A stretch of DNA of 64,000 bases. Source: Candidatus Aenigmatarchaeota archaeon. GTDB taxonomy: Archaea; Aenigmatarchaeota; Aenigmatarchaeia; PWEA01; JACQIF01. The stretch is from positions 736,001 to 800,000 of the forward strand of contig CP066684.1 of the NCBI GenBank assembly GCA_016432325.1, in the 5' to 3' direction. Made by a program: the position numbers and the translations under genes. The notes under the pieces were generated by a model. It did not search any database and had not been told where the DNA came from. It worked only from the letters and a program-made list of their open reading frames with translations. How positions within the stretch are numbered: the first letter of the stretch is position 1; each line of letters starts with the position of its first letter. Positions 1 through 9,033 of the stretch are shown piece by piece.

Positions 1-1
1 C

Positions 2-1804
2 GTCACGCCTGAAGGAACGACCGAAACTTATGCTTACACGCCCGGGCAGTATAAGCTTCCTGACGGCAAGACAGTGAACTACAAGCCGACCGGCTACGAG
101 ATAAGGGACGGCGCGGTCGTCGAGGCAAAATACGATTACAATCCCGAGTTCAACGCCTACGCGTCCGCCGACGGCACGGTCTACAGGCCGCCTGACGGGG
201 CGTACTACCACTACAAGACCGACTACAGCGCAGTCGAGGGAAAATACACTTATGCCGCGGGCAGCGACACGTGGACATACGATCCCAAGACCGCTTCGTG
301 GGCTTCCGGAGGCGGAGAGACCTACAAGCCGCCCACGGCCGTCGTAGCGCCTGTCGGTTACGAGTCTGACGGCGTTTACCGCTCGCCATCAGGCGTCAGA
401 TGGGATTACAATTCTGGCACAGGAACGTGGGGATCCACAAGCGGGGAATCCTACAACTCTGCAAACGGCGCGTACCGCTCTGCAACAGGCGCCACAACCA
501 CGCACGCTTACGATTACAGCAGGCCAACCTACGGCTACGATGCGAGAACGCAGGAGTACAGGTTTGACACCGTGACGCGCGAAGGCACAGGCACGTGGAC
601 ATACAACCCGCAGGCGAACATCTGGACGTCAGGCTCTGGAGAAACTACAGAAGCAAGTCGCGGTTACGTGCCGCCTACCACGTTGAACTACCCAACGCCC
701 GTGGCGTATCAGTCTCCATCGTTCTATCCATACCCATCGCCAGGACAGGCGTACGTGACGCCGGCTCCTTACCAGACACCGTCTTACCAGACTCCCAACT
801 TCGCTTACCAGACTCCTTACTACTCCTACCCCTCGCCCTCGTACGTTTACCCGTCGCCCGGCACGTATCCAACGCCTTCGTACGTCTACCCCACTCCGTA
901 CCAGTACCCGACACCGGGAAATACATACCCGTCGCCATACTACGCCTACCCAACTCCGGGACAGTACTACCAGACGCCAAACTACTACATCTACCCGACG
1001 CCAAGCTCCACGTACCCAACGCCTGCGTACACATACCCGTCTCCCTACTACTCTTACCCTTCGCCGTCTGACTCCTACCAGACTCCGTACTACGCTTACC
1101 CGTCTCCATCCTCTTACCCAACGCCCTCATACACATATCCAACTCCGGGAACAGAGTACGCTTACCCAACGCCTTCGACCACAGGATATTCGTACCCATC
1201 GCCTTCGTACGCGACACCATACACCTATCCCACTCCGGGCTCGTACCCAACACCATACTACCAGAGCCCCACGTACTACGCTTACCCCACGCCTTCCGCA
1301 GACTACGTGACGCCAACATACTACTCGTACCCGTCGCCGTCTGAAGGCAGCTACCCGTACCCAACGCCTTCATACCCGTCTCCGTATTCGTACCCGACAC
1401 CGGGAACCGGCTACTCGTATCCGTCGCCTTCGTACAGCTACCCGACACCTTCGTCATACACATATCCGACCCCGGGCAGCGCATACGGATATCCGTCGCC
1501 TTCGTACACGTACCCATCCCCGACGGGTACTTACGTAACGCCTTCCTACTCGACGCCCTCATACGCCTACCCGACTCCAACAGAGGGAGGTTACTCGTAT
1601 CCATCGCCTTACCCGTATCCAACGCCGTCCGAGGGAGGTTACCCGTACCCAACGCCTTACGCGTCTCCGTCCGAAGGATATTCGTACCCATCGCCTGGTT
1701 CGTACCCAACTCCGTCCGAAGGTTATGCCTATCCAACTCCGTACGGAACTCCTGAGTCGTACGGCACACCATACGACTACCCATCTCCGTACGGCACGCC
1801 CTAG
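2..1804 (+). CDS. Tyr/Pro/Ser/Thr-rich repetitive protein, 5'-partial; probable surface protein
   Basis: Frame is open from the window edge; the C-terminal ~370 aa are tandem Y-P-(S/T)-P motifs. Confidence 0.8.
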   Translation, partial: VTPEGTTETYAYTPGQYKLPDGKTVNYKPTGYEIRDGAVVEAKYDYNPEFNAYASADGTVYRPPDGAYYHYKTDYSAVEGKYTYAAGSDTWTYDPKTASWASGGGETYKPPTAVVAPVGYESDGVYRSPSGVRWDYNSGTGTWGSTSGESYNSANGAYRSATGATTTHAYDYSRPTYGYDARTQEYRFDTVTREGTGTWTYNPQANIWTSGSGETTEASRGYVPPTTLNYPTPVAYQSPSFYPYPSPGQAYVTPAPYQTPSYQTPNFAYQTPYYSYPSPSYVYPSPGTYPTPSYVYPTPYQYPTPGNTYPSPYYAYPTPGQYYQTPNYYIYPTPSSTYPTPAYTYPSPYYSYPSPSDSYQTPYYAYPSPSSYPTPSYTYPTPGTEYAYPTPSTTGYSYPSPSYATPYTYPTPGSYPTPYYQSPTYYAYPTPSADYVTPTYYSYPSPSEGSYPYPTPSYPSPYSYPTPGTGYSYPSPSYSYPTPSSYTYPTPGSAYGYPSPSYTYPSPTGTYVTPSYSTPSYAYPTPTEGGYSYPSPYPYPTPSEGGYPYPTPYASPSEGYSYPSPGSYPTPSEGYAYPTPYGTPESYGTPYDYPSPYGTP

Positions 1805-1842
1805 CGTTAACAATTTAAACTGGGAAACACCAGCGGTTCCTT

Positions 1843-4254
1843 ATGCGTGGAACAACGATTTGGATTCTGTTCGCGGCTCTCGTCTTGCTTGCGACGGCCG
1901 TTCCTGCGTCGGCTCACAGCCCGACGACCGTTGCAATAACAGAAGACGGCTTTTCTCCTGACCACGTGACCGTCCACGTAGGCGACAGCGTCACGTGGAT
2001 AACCCGCGGCGTCGCAGGCCACTGGCCCGCGTCAGACATGCACCCAACGCACACCGCGTATCCGGGCTCTTCAATAAACAAGTGCATCACCGATGAAAAG
2101 AAGGACATACTGGACTCCTGCGTCGGTCTAAAGGGCGGGGAAAGCTACACTTTTACGTTCAGCCAAGCCGGCAAATGGGGACTCCACGACCACCTGTATC
2201 CCGGAAATACGATGACCGTAGAGGTCGTCGGTGAAGAGAAGGTAGACGTTTTCAAGAATTTGATAGACGCTGTAACGGCTTACCTGTCCAGCATCGGAAA
2301 GAGCGGCCCCACTTCAGACGAGTTCCGCGCACTCGATTACACGGTGCAGAAATCGACGTTCAAGACGATGGCCGCCAGAGACCCGGCCGGCGCGTGGAAG
2401 TTTCTCACCGGCACTTTCATAATAGACGGGCAGGTGAAGGAGAATCCTCACGAGCTCGCGCACGTGGCAGGCAAGGCTCTCTACAAGGCCAAAGGGATAG
2501 ACGGCATAGGCGTCTGCGACCCCGCGTTTGCGTTCGGCTGCTATCACGGCGTCACAGAACAGATGCTTCTTGAGCGCGGCTCCGAAGGCGTGCCGGAGAT
2601 AGAGAGCACGTGCATGCGCCTCTTCCCCAACGAGGAAGCGCTCATCGCGAGCTGCATTCACGGCACGGGCCACGGCCTTCTCACGTGGGAGAGCCTTGAC
2701 GTCGGCTCTGCGTTGAAGGATTGCGACGCTCTCGGCGAACGCCACAGGAGCTACTGCTATGACGGAGTCTTCATGGAGAACAGTTTCAGCGCTCCGGCAC
2801 GCGACGACTGGACGCTTTGCGAGAGCGTTGACGAGCGCTACGACGCGGAGTGCGCGAAGTATCACGTTTACGGCATGGGCGCAAGAGTCGGCTGGGACCC
2901 CTCCGCAATGGCCGCGTCCTGCGAGGAAGCGCCCCGTCAGGCGCTCAGGGACGGCTGTTTCACAGGTCTGGGCTTCTACTCGGCCAACGCGGCCCGCGGC
3001 GACTTCAACGGAATAACCAACGCGTGCGGCACGGCGCAGAGCGAGGACGGCAAGAGTACGTGCATAACGAGCGCGGCCGTCGAGGTCATATTCCAGGAGT
3101 ACGCGGGCTGGCCCGCGACATCCGTGAACCTTTGCGGTTCGCTTGCGGAAGGTTTGAAGAACGAATGCTTGGCGCGCACGACTGCAATCGTGGCCGACTA
3201 TAAGAGAGGCGTTACGAACACCCCTGAAATAGACAGGATAAAATCGATGACAAACCTCGAGGAACAGGGGAAGATTTACCTCCAGCTTATCGAACGCGTA
3301 GGTCCTGTTGAAGCGCAGGAGCAGCTATTCCATTCGGGCCTTCCGTTCACCGGTCAAACGCACCTGCTCAATCACGTGGTCGGTGAGTACCTCTATGAAA
3401 AGCACGGCGCCCAGGGACTGGTCTACTGCAAAGAATACTTCCTGGCATCGTGCTACCACGGTTTCGTCATCGACGCAATCGGTTTCAAAGGCATCGATGG
3501 AATGGATGAGATAATGGCCGAGTGCAACAAGTACGGCCTGTCCGTGTCCGCACAATGTTCGCACGCGATGGGCCATGGCTTCCTAGCGTGGAACGGCTAT
3601 GCGAACATTCCTGACGCGCTCAAGATGTGCAACGAGATGACCTCGCGCGTCGAGGGCTTCCCTTCGTTCAACTGCCGTGACGGAGTCTTCATGGAGAACA
3701 TCTGGGGAATCCACGCCGGCGCGCCTTCCGATGAAAGGTGGGTCAAGGAAGGGGACAACTTTTACCCGTGCGACGATCCACGCCTGAGCTACGCCGATCT
3801 CGACGGCTGCTGGGCCAACCAGCCTTCGCTGATTTACCAGAGCAATGGCGGCGACATCGCTGCCGTCGGCCAGGAGTGCCTGAAGGTCGAGAACCCCGCT
3901 TACCAGAAGATATGCTTCAACGCGCTCGCGCGCCAGATACATCCACTGACCAAGGGTGACCCTGCCGCGGCGTTCAGCATGTGCGGCCTGTTGCCGAGCG
4001 AATGGACGGACCACTGTTTGTCTACGATAGCTACGTCCGACTTCTCGGTCGGCGGCCGCGCGATGAGCTTCGACATCTGTTCGAACGTGAAAGACAAACC
4101 GCAGTGCTACACAGGCTTGTTCGGAGCGATGTCCGTCTACGCGCGCACTCCTCAGGAGTACGAGTCGTTCTGCGCTTACGTGACCGAGGACTCGTGGAAA
4201 CAGGCGTGCCTGAACCGCACGGCAACAGTCACCACGGTGGCGCTGGCGAAATGA
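1843..4254 (+). CDS. Secreted protein with a cupredoxin-like domain plus two Cys/His-rich helical repeats
   Basis: Signal peptide; GFSPDHVTVHVGDSVTW...YTFTFSQAGKWGLHDHL; twice HxxxH..CYHG..CxHxxGHG..CxDGVFME. Confidence 0.75.
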   Translation: MRGTTIWILFAALVLLATAVPASAHSPTTVAITEDGFSPDHVTVHVGDSVTWITRGVAGHWPASDMHPTHTAYPGSSINKCITDEKKDILDSCVGLKGGESYTFTFSQAGKWGLHDHLYPGNTMTVEVVGEEKVDVFKNLIDAVTAYLSSIGKSGPTSDEFRALDYTVQKSTFKTMAARDPAGAWKFLTGTFIIDGQVKENPHELAHVAGKALYKAKGIDGIGVCDPAFAFGCYHGVTEQMLLERGSEGVPEIESTCMRLFPNEEALIASCIHGTGHGLLTWESLDVGSALKDCDALGERHRSYCYDGVFMENSFSAPARDDWTLCESVDERYDAECAKYHVYGMGARVGWDPSAMAASCEEAPRQALRDGCFTGLGFYSANAARGDFNGITNACGTAQSEDGKSTCITSAAVEVIFQEYAGWPATSVNLCGSLAEGLKNECLARTTAIVADYKRGVTNTPEIDRIKSMTNLEEQGKIYLQLIERVGPVEAQEQLFHSGLPFTGQTHLLNHVVGEYLYEKHGAQGLVYCKEYFLASCYHGFVIDAIGFKGIDGMDEIMAECNKYGLSVSAQCSHAMGHGFLAWNGYANIPDALKMCNEMTSRVEGFPSFNCRDGVFMENIWGIHAGAPSDERWVKEGDNFYPCDDPRLSYADLDGCWANQPSLIYQSNGGDIAAVGQECLKVENPAYQKICFNALARQIHPLTKGDPAAAFSMCGLLPSEWTDHCLSTIATSDFSVGGRAMSFDICSNVKDKPQCYTGLFGAMSVYARTPQEYESFCAYVTEDSWKQACLNRTATVTTVALAK

Positions 4255-4263
4255 ATAATCTGG

Positions 4264-4944
4264 TTATATCCTGTCGGCCTCCTTGAGCTTTGTTCTCGTG
4301 GGATCTAGATCCAAAGTTCTGCCATATAGGTTGAAGTACCAGCCATAATGATGGCTCATTCCACCGACGGCCACGACCCTCCCATCGGCATTTCTAATCA
4401 GAGCTTCCGTTAAGTGGTCCGACCCTACAACGACATCTGCCATGGGATAAAACCCAAGCGCGTCATCCACACCCATTATCACATCATCGTACCTAGCATC
4501 AACTAACCCTTGCCGCTCATCCGGCCCCATGTTTTTGAATTTCGCGTACAGCCCCTCGTTCTGAGTCAACGCGCCACGCTCCAGACGCTCCTCCAGTTCC
4601 CTTTCACCCATCCCGTAGAATATTGCCACCGTGGACACATCTTCCTCGCTGAAGAGCGCGTCGTCGTCAAGAGACTCTCCTTGAATCGGATACGATTTGT
4701 CTGCAACATAAAGCGGAATGCCGTGCCGCCGCGCATACATCCGAGAGACCGCGGCTTCAAACCATTCTTCCCCGTCATCCTCACGATTCTCGTTTTCGTC
4801 TGCCTTCGAAAACGAATCCACTAGTGCCGCATTGGACTCGACAACTATCGCGTCAGGCTTCATGTAATCAAGAAGCTTGGCCAGCCTTTCTGTTCCTCTG
4901 GGATCTCTGTGGATAGTACCTATAAAGTGGAGTTCGGATGGCAT
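4264..4944 (-). CDS. Hypothetical protein, weakly TraB/GumN-like
   Basis: FIGTIH...PDAIVVE...VAVGGMSH motifs. Confidence 0.5.
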   Translation of the reverse strand: MPSELHFIGTIHRDPRGTERLAKLLDYMKPDAIVVESNAALVDSFSKADENENREDDGEEWFEAAVSRMYARRHGIPLYVADKSYPIQGESLDDDALFSEEDVSTVAIFYGMGERELEERLERGALTQNEGLYAKFKNMGPDERQGLVDARYDDVIMGVDDALGFYPMADVVVGSDHLTEALIRNADGRVVAVGGMSHHYGWYFNLYGRTLDLDPTRTKLKEADRI

Positions 4945-4976
4945 GAATCTTCATCCGACTGAAGCTTTAAATAGGA

Positions 4977-5196
4977 TGGTGCTCCTGTCGGGATTTTCAT
5001 GGTGCCGGAAGGCGTAGTTTCTTTGCACCCGTGCTTTCTTTTTAAAGAAAGCCCGGTTTGAACCCGAGTCACAGCCTTTCTCTGCGTCGTTTTCTGCTGA
5101 AGCTCTTTCTTAAAGAGCTTCCTTGAGAGGGCCGGATCCTTACGATTTCTTCCTGCCCGCAGGACGGGAAGTTTGACCGGTCTAGACTACAGGAGC
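4977..5196 (-). tRNA. tRNA-Glu(CTC) with 3 introns (~5141-5173 D-loop, 5078-5123 at 37/38, 4994-5056 at 59/60)
   Basis: The spliced 78-nt sequence folds as a cloverleaf: GCTCCTG/CAGGAGC acceptor, CGGCC-CTCTCAA-GGCTG, encoded CCA; BHB central helices CGGT/ATCG, CTCT/AGAG, TTCA/TGAA. Confidence 0.9.
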
Positions 5197-5257
5197 CCGC
5201 GAACGAGTTCCACAGAAGATTATTTAAAGCGCGTTTCCCAACTCTTTCCATGGCAAT

Positions 5258-5898
5258 CAAACCCGAAACCGCCTATTCCAAAAGCTTTTGAATGTTTCCC
5301 TTTATTTTTTGATATAGTTCTAAAAATGCCTCATTCTCGTTTTTAACGTAACTCTCTATCTGCCCAAACTCTTTGTTATCATACCATTGTCTTATCGAGG
5401 CGCCTGTATGAACCTTTCTACTAAACCTTTGCAGCGTGGCACCCTTGAAATTGCCATCGTTAAGCAAGATAGCAATGTCTCTTAAATCTATTTTAGGTGT
5501 GCCCCAGTGAAAGTCCTTGCTTGTAAATTTGCGTCTTGTGTATTTTCCGAATTTGGCAATAAGAAACTCCCATTCAAAGTTAAGGTTGAATCCAACGGGT
5601 ATGAAGTCCCAAACATCTAGGTTGGCAAAGAACTGTTTGTAAAAACGCATCACTATGTCCCTTTCTGAAGATTCCCATTCCTTTAAGACCACTAGATCGC
5701 CAATAGGCCTACCGGTCCTTGTATCCATCTTCTGAAACTGGATAGTTATTATTCTGTCTATGTCGGGGTTTGGAAGCTTCCCCACTGTATATGTTTCTAT
5801 GTCAAAATAATATGCTGGCATGGCTATATTATCATCAGGGGTAATAAATGCTTGTGAAATTATGGGAAGTCGTGTTATCTCCAAACCCGAAACCGCCT
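5258..5898. mobile_element. Single-gene cassette flanked by the 17-bp direct repeat CAAACCCGAAACCGCCT, inserted in the msrA 5' end
   Basis: Exact repeat at 5258-5274 and 5882-5898; interior visibly AT-rich. Confidence 0.7.
5273..5821 (-). CDS. RNase H-like (DEDD/PolB-type) 3'-5' exonuclease domain protein
   Basis: YFDIET, VGFNLNFE, IDL and YVKNE motifs. Confidence 0.75.
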   Translation of the reverse strand: MPAYYFDIETYTVGKLPNPDIDRIITIQFQKMDTRTGRPIGDLVVLKEWESSERDIVMRFYKQFFANLDVWDFIPVGFNLNFEWEFLIAKFGKYTRRKFTSKDFHWGTPKIDLRDIAILLNDGNFKGATLQRFSRKVHTGASIRQWYDNKEFGQIESYVKNENEAFLELYQKIKGNIQKLLE

Positions 5899-6344
5899 TC
5901 TTCGGCGCGGGATGCTTCTGGCACGTTCAGGCCGATTTTGACATGCTGGAAGGCGTCGTTGAGACCACGGTGGGCTACATGGGCGGCTCGAGCAAGAATC
6001 CCACCTATGATGATTATGCGCACGCCGGGCACATAGAAGTATGCAAGGTCGTTTTTAATCCGAAACTCGTTGCCTACAAACGTCTTCTGCAAGCCTTCTG
6101 GAATATGCACGACCCGACGCAGGGCAACCGGCAGGGGCTCGACCTCGGAGCGCAGTACAGATCCGTGATATTTTACGCGACGGCCGAGCAGAAGAAGCAG
6201 GCCGAGGCATCGCTGACCGAAGAGCAGGCGAAGCTAAAGAGAAAGATAACGACCGCGATAGAGCGCGCGGTCGCGTTCTGGCCCGCGGAAGATTACCACC
6301 AGAAGTACAACGCGAAGCACGGGATTAGGGGGAAGGTTTGCTAG
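5862..6344 (+). CDS. msrA: Peptide methionine sulfoxide reductase A
   Basis: GAGCFW, GYMGG, HDPTQGNRQG, QYRSVIF, AEDYHQKY. Confidence 0.95.
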   Translation: MGSRVISKPETAFFGAGCFWHVQADFDMLEGVVETTVGYMGGSSKNPTYDDYAHAGHIEVCKVVFNPKLVAYKRLLQAFWNMHDPTQGNRQGLDLGAQYRSVIFYATAEQKKQAEASLTEEQAKLKRKITTAIERAVAFWPAEDYHQKYNAKHGIRGKVC

Positions 6345-6347
6345 GGT

Positions 6348-7025
6348 TTAACGGTATTTCGCATTGGATAATCCTATAGAAGTATTTCCGTCGGTGCAGT
6401 ATATTTGAGGCATCGTTTCCATAAATCCAAGGAAGCCGAGCAGCGTAGCCCTGTAGAGTTCCAATCCGCCCGTTCCGGCAACGTCGAACTTCTTGGTTCC
6501 GAGGGCCGAAAAGCTTTCGAAGTCTCCCTGGAACGCGGATTCATTGAAAGGGTTCACCGCATGGCCGTCTCGTTTCACGGTAAGAGGAAGCGCCGTGGCT
6601 GCTGTCCGCACAAACGGCGCTGCCAGATGGAGATAGTGAGCTCTCCTTTCTCGCTGGCCGTCGAGATATGAATGGAACTCGTCCTTCGGCAATCTAAGAT
6701 CACAAGAGGCCGAGATTCCTATTTCAGCAGTCTGGGAAGGCTTGGTCCTGTCGGCAGGAAGAACGCGTGACGTGAAGAGATCTACGAAGTCCGTGCGCTC
6801 ATCTTCCCAATCATTATCCGTATCCAGCAATTTGCAGTTCACAACTGGCCGTCTGATTAACAAGTCGTTGAACAAGAGAATTCTGCGAGGAGATGCCGTC
6901 GTTTGAGCGGCAGTAGCCGTGGTATTAAGCGTCACATCCTCATCCAAGGGGACCGTCAGAAGTTTCACGAGGTCCAGCTTCGAAATTTGCCCGCTCAATG
7001 CCGCAATTTCATACTGCATAGACAT
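6348..7025 (-). CDS. Hypothetical protein
   Basis: 225-aa ORF filling the gap, with an upstream TATA-like box. Confidence 0.5.
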   Translation of the reverse strand: MSMQYEIAALSGQISKLDLVKLLTVPLDEDVTLNTTATAAQTTASPRRILLFNDLLIRRPVVNCKLLDTDNDWEDERTDFVDLFTSRVLPADRTKPSQTAEIGISASCDLRLPKDEFHSYLDGQRERRAHYLHLAAPFVRTAATALPLTVKRDGHAVNPFNESAFQGDFESFSALGTKKFDVAGTGGLELYRATLLGFLGFMETMPQIYCTDGNTSIGLSNAKYR

Positions 7026-7069
7026 TGTTTGCGACCGAAGCTATTTATTCTAGAAAATGGCGGCCGGAG

Positions 7070-7348
7070 TCAGGAATCTCCTTCTATCTCTTCTCCGACT
7101 ATGAACGTGCATCCAGCCGGACCAACCTCGGCCGTGTGCGTGACGCCCATCGGGACTTTCATATGATCGCCCTTCTTCAGATTTGCTGCGCGGCCGTCTT
7201 CAAAGTTCATCGTTATACTTCCTTTCAGAATGTAGAAACTTACCTTGCCTCTGTGTTTGTGCGCGGGATATTTCGTGTGCGGTTTGTCTGTCCATTCGTA
7301 GACGTGAACGAAACCTTCGTCCTTCAGTTCTTTCTCGAAACCCTTCAT
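7070..7348 (-). CDS. Cupin domain protein
   Basis: YPAHKH...LKKGD...VPMGVTHTAEVG; start moved to MKGFEK because the longer ORF overlaps tRNA-Arg. Confidence 0.85.
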   Translation of the reverse strand: MKGFEKELKDEGFVHVYEWTDKPHTKYPAHKHRGKVSFYILKGSITMNFEDGRAANLKKGDHMKVPMGVTHTAEVGPAGCTFIVGEEIEGDS

Positions 7349-7369
7349 CGTATCACACGAATGTGTAAA

Positions 7370-7633
7370 TGGCGGGCCCGGAGGGACGTTCATGAAACGC
7401 CCGGCGTTTCTAACTTTCAGCTCCTTCGGAGCCAAAAGCTTTCGAACCCTCGACATCTTGGTGTCTTTTGCCGAGCGTAGGCATTCGAAGCCAAGCGCTC
7501 TATTTACCCCGCCTTGCGGGAGCGGATTTCATTCGGGAGTGCTCTCCCAATGTGCCGGAACTTTGTTCCGTGCATTCCCGCGGGTTTTTGCACGGACGTG
7601 TGCAAAAAGGCGCCCAAGCTGAGCCACGGACCC
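7370..7633 (-). tRNA. tRNA-Arg(TCG) with 3 introns (~7504-7613 D-loop, 7463-7484 at 37/38, 7387-7440 at 59/60)
   Basis: Spliced 78 nt: GGGTCCG/CGGGCCC acceptor, GCTC/GAGC D-stem, CTTGG-CTTCGAA-CCAAG, GAGGG/CCCTC T-stem, CCA. Confidence 0.88.
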
Positions 7634-7686
7634 TTGCGATAGAGGCGTGAGAACAAGGACTTAAAGGTTGTCTGTCAACTGCACTC

Positions 7687-8295
7687 ATGGAAGAACGGGT
7701 TAAGCGGGCTAATCTGGACGTTCCTTTCGTGAAGCAGAGCCGGGATGCCACGTGCGTCTATGCGTCAACGGCGATGGTCCTGCAGTACTATGGCCTCGAT
7801 GTCAGCGAGGCGGCGTTGCTGGACATAGCGCCTGTGGATTTCGATAGAGGCGGAATGACCACGGGAGATTTTCTAAGAATGTTCAACAGGTTCGAGGGCA
7901 AAGAGAAGGCAGGACTGCGGGCCACAGTCTATTCGCGAATGACGCCGGCGGACGCCAAGAGAATGCAGGGCGATTTTCACACCGCGGTCCCAATGCTCCC
8001 AAACGTGATGGAAACCAACGGCCGCGTGGGCCTGTCGCTTGAACGGTTCATAGACTCCGGCATTCCGCCTCTCGTCACAGTCGAGAACCCCGAGTACAGG
8101 GGGAGGCACACGGCCGTGCTGACAGGATATCTGAGGCACGAGTCGGCATTCGTGCCTGTGGTCAATGACCCCGGAAAACGCAGACCGCACATGGCAGATT
8201 CCACGCTTCTTCACAACCTCGGCTGGCAGAACATGAAACGCGTCATCGTCATAGAGAAAACCAAAAGCAATATAAGAGGGCGCGGAACGCAATAG
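7687..8295 (+). CDS. C39-like (papain-fold) cysteine peptidase
   Basis: VPFVKQ...TCVYASTAMVLQYYG...HTAVLTGY...VNDP (Q/C/H/D). Confidence 0.75.
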   Translation: MEERVKRANLDVPFVKQSRDATCVYASTAMVLQYYGLDVSEAALLDIAPVDFDRGGMTTGDFLRMFNRFEGKEKAGLRATVYSRMTPADAKRMQGDFHTAVPMLPNVMETNGRVGLSLERFIDSGIPPLVTVENPEYRGRHTAVLTGYLRHESAFVPVVNDPGKRRPHMADSTLLHNLGWQNMKRVIVIEKTKSNIRGRGTQ

Positions 8296-8299
8296 CGGC

Positions 8300-8791
8300 A
8301 TGCGCGCATACAAAGGCCCTCCTTCGCGTCTTGAGCATCTTGTGGACAAAACGATTCCTTTTGCATTGGTTATCCTTCTCGTCCTTCTCGTTTTCGAATT
8401 CTTCTTCGTGGAAGAAGCGCACGCGTACGAGGCTTGGGTGAACGTCGTGGACCTTGGTGTCATCGCGATATTCGCAACAGACCTGTGGTTCAAGTACAAG
8501 CGCCTGCCCGACGGCCGCGCGTTCGTGCGCACGTATTGGCTCGAAATAGTGGCGACCATACCGTTCTTCCTTGCATTCAGGCTGTTCGAGCTTTTGACGG
8601 TCTCGCGTGCTGTCGAAACCGGACAGGAAGCCGTGCACGCCGCCGTGGCGGCGGAAGAGGAAGCCGCGTCTATCCTGCGAACGTCTCGTACGAGCCGCTA
8701 TGCGCGGTTCACGAAGTTCCTGCGAGTCGCGCTGCGCGCTCCGAGGTTCGCCAAGGCGGCCGCCTACTTCAAGGCTCCGCACGAGAAATAA
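8300..8791 (+). CDS. Stand-alone voltage-sensor-like (ion transport N-terminal) membrane protein
   Basis: S2/S3-like FATDLW and WLEIVATIPF; S4-like RTSRTSRYARFTKFLR. Confidence 0.65.
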   Translation: MRAYKGPPSRLEHLVDKTIPFALVILLVLLVFEFFFVEEAHAYEAWVNVVDLGVIAIFATDLWFKYKRLPDGRAFVRTYWLEIVATIPFFLAFRLFELLTVSRAVETGQEAVHAAVAAEEEAASILRTSRTSRYARFTKFLRVALRAPRFAKAAAYFKAPHEK

Positions 8792-8822
8792 GGTTTATAT
8801 ATCGGCCCTCCAAAGCACGGTT

Positions 8823-8996
8823 ATGGGACAGGACAACAAAGGAATTATCTCATACTTGTGGCTCGAGATGAAAGGAGCCATAGCCGGCGCCATTCTCGGC
8901 GTCGTCGTGATGCTGATACTGTACTATCTGTCGTCGACGGGCACGCTGCCGTTCACGATGCCGTTCGGAGCGGCTCCTGCGCCTGCGGGACGCTGA
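8823..8996 (+). CDS. Small single-TM protein
   Basis: TTTATATA box upstream; one hydrophobic helix. Confidence 0.55.
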   Translation: MGQDNKGIISYLWLEMKGAIAGAILGVVVMLILYYLSSTGTLPFTMPFGAAPAPAGR

Positions 8997-9033
8997 AGGA
9001 ACGGTTTAAATAGATTGGATTTCTAAACGGTTT

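Noticed and set aside
675-1784. Long antisense ORFs (also 14136-15350, 32345-33430, 54914-56188)
   Set aside because: Shadows of GC-rich sense genes that carry recognisable motifs
680-1804. YP(S/T)P repeats as a CRISPR array or an RNA polymerase II CTD homolog
   Set aside because: The repeats are degenerate at codon third positions, have no constant repeat-spacer period and no YSPTSPS heptad; they are coding low-complexity sequence
4934-4958. TCGGATG/CATCCGA inverted repeat over a start codon
   Set aside because: No accompanying direct repeat; a 7-bp stem can occur by chance
7349-7751. ORF-track ORFs overlapping tRNA-Arg, including the cupin N-terminal extension
   Set aside because: The region is explained by the intron-containing tRNA; the same applies to ORFs over 5069-5260, 17680-17949, 21577-22074, 22851-23114 and 48109-48744
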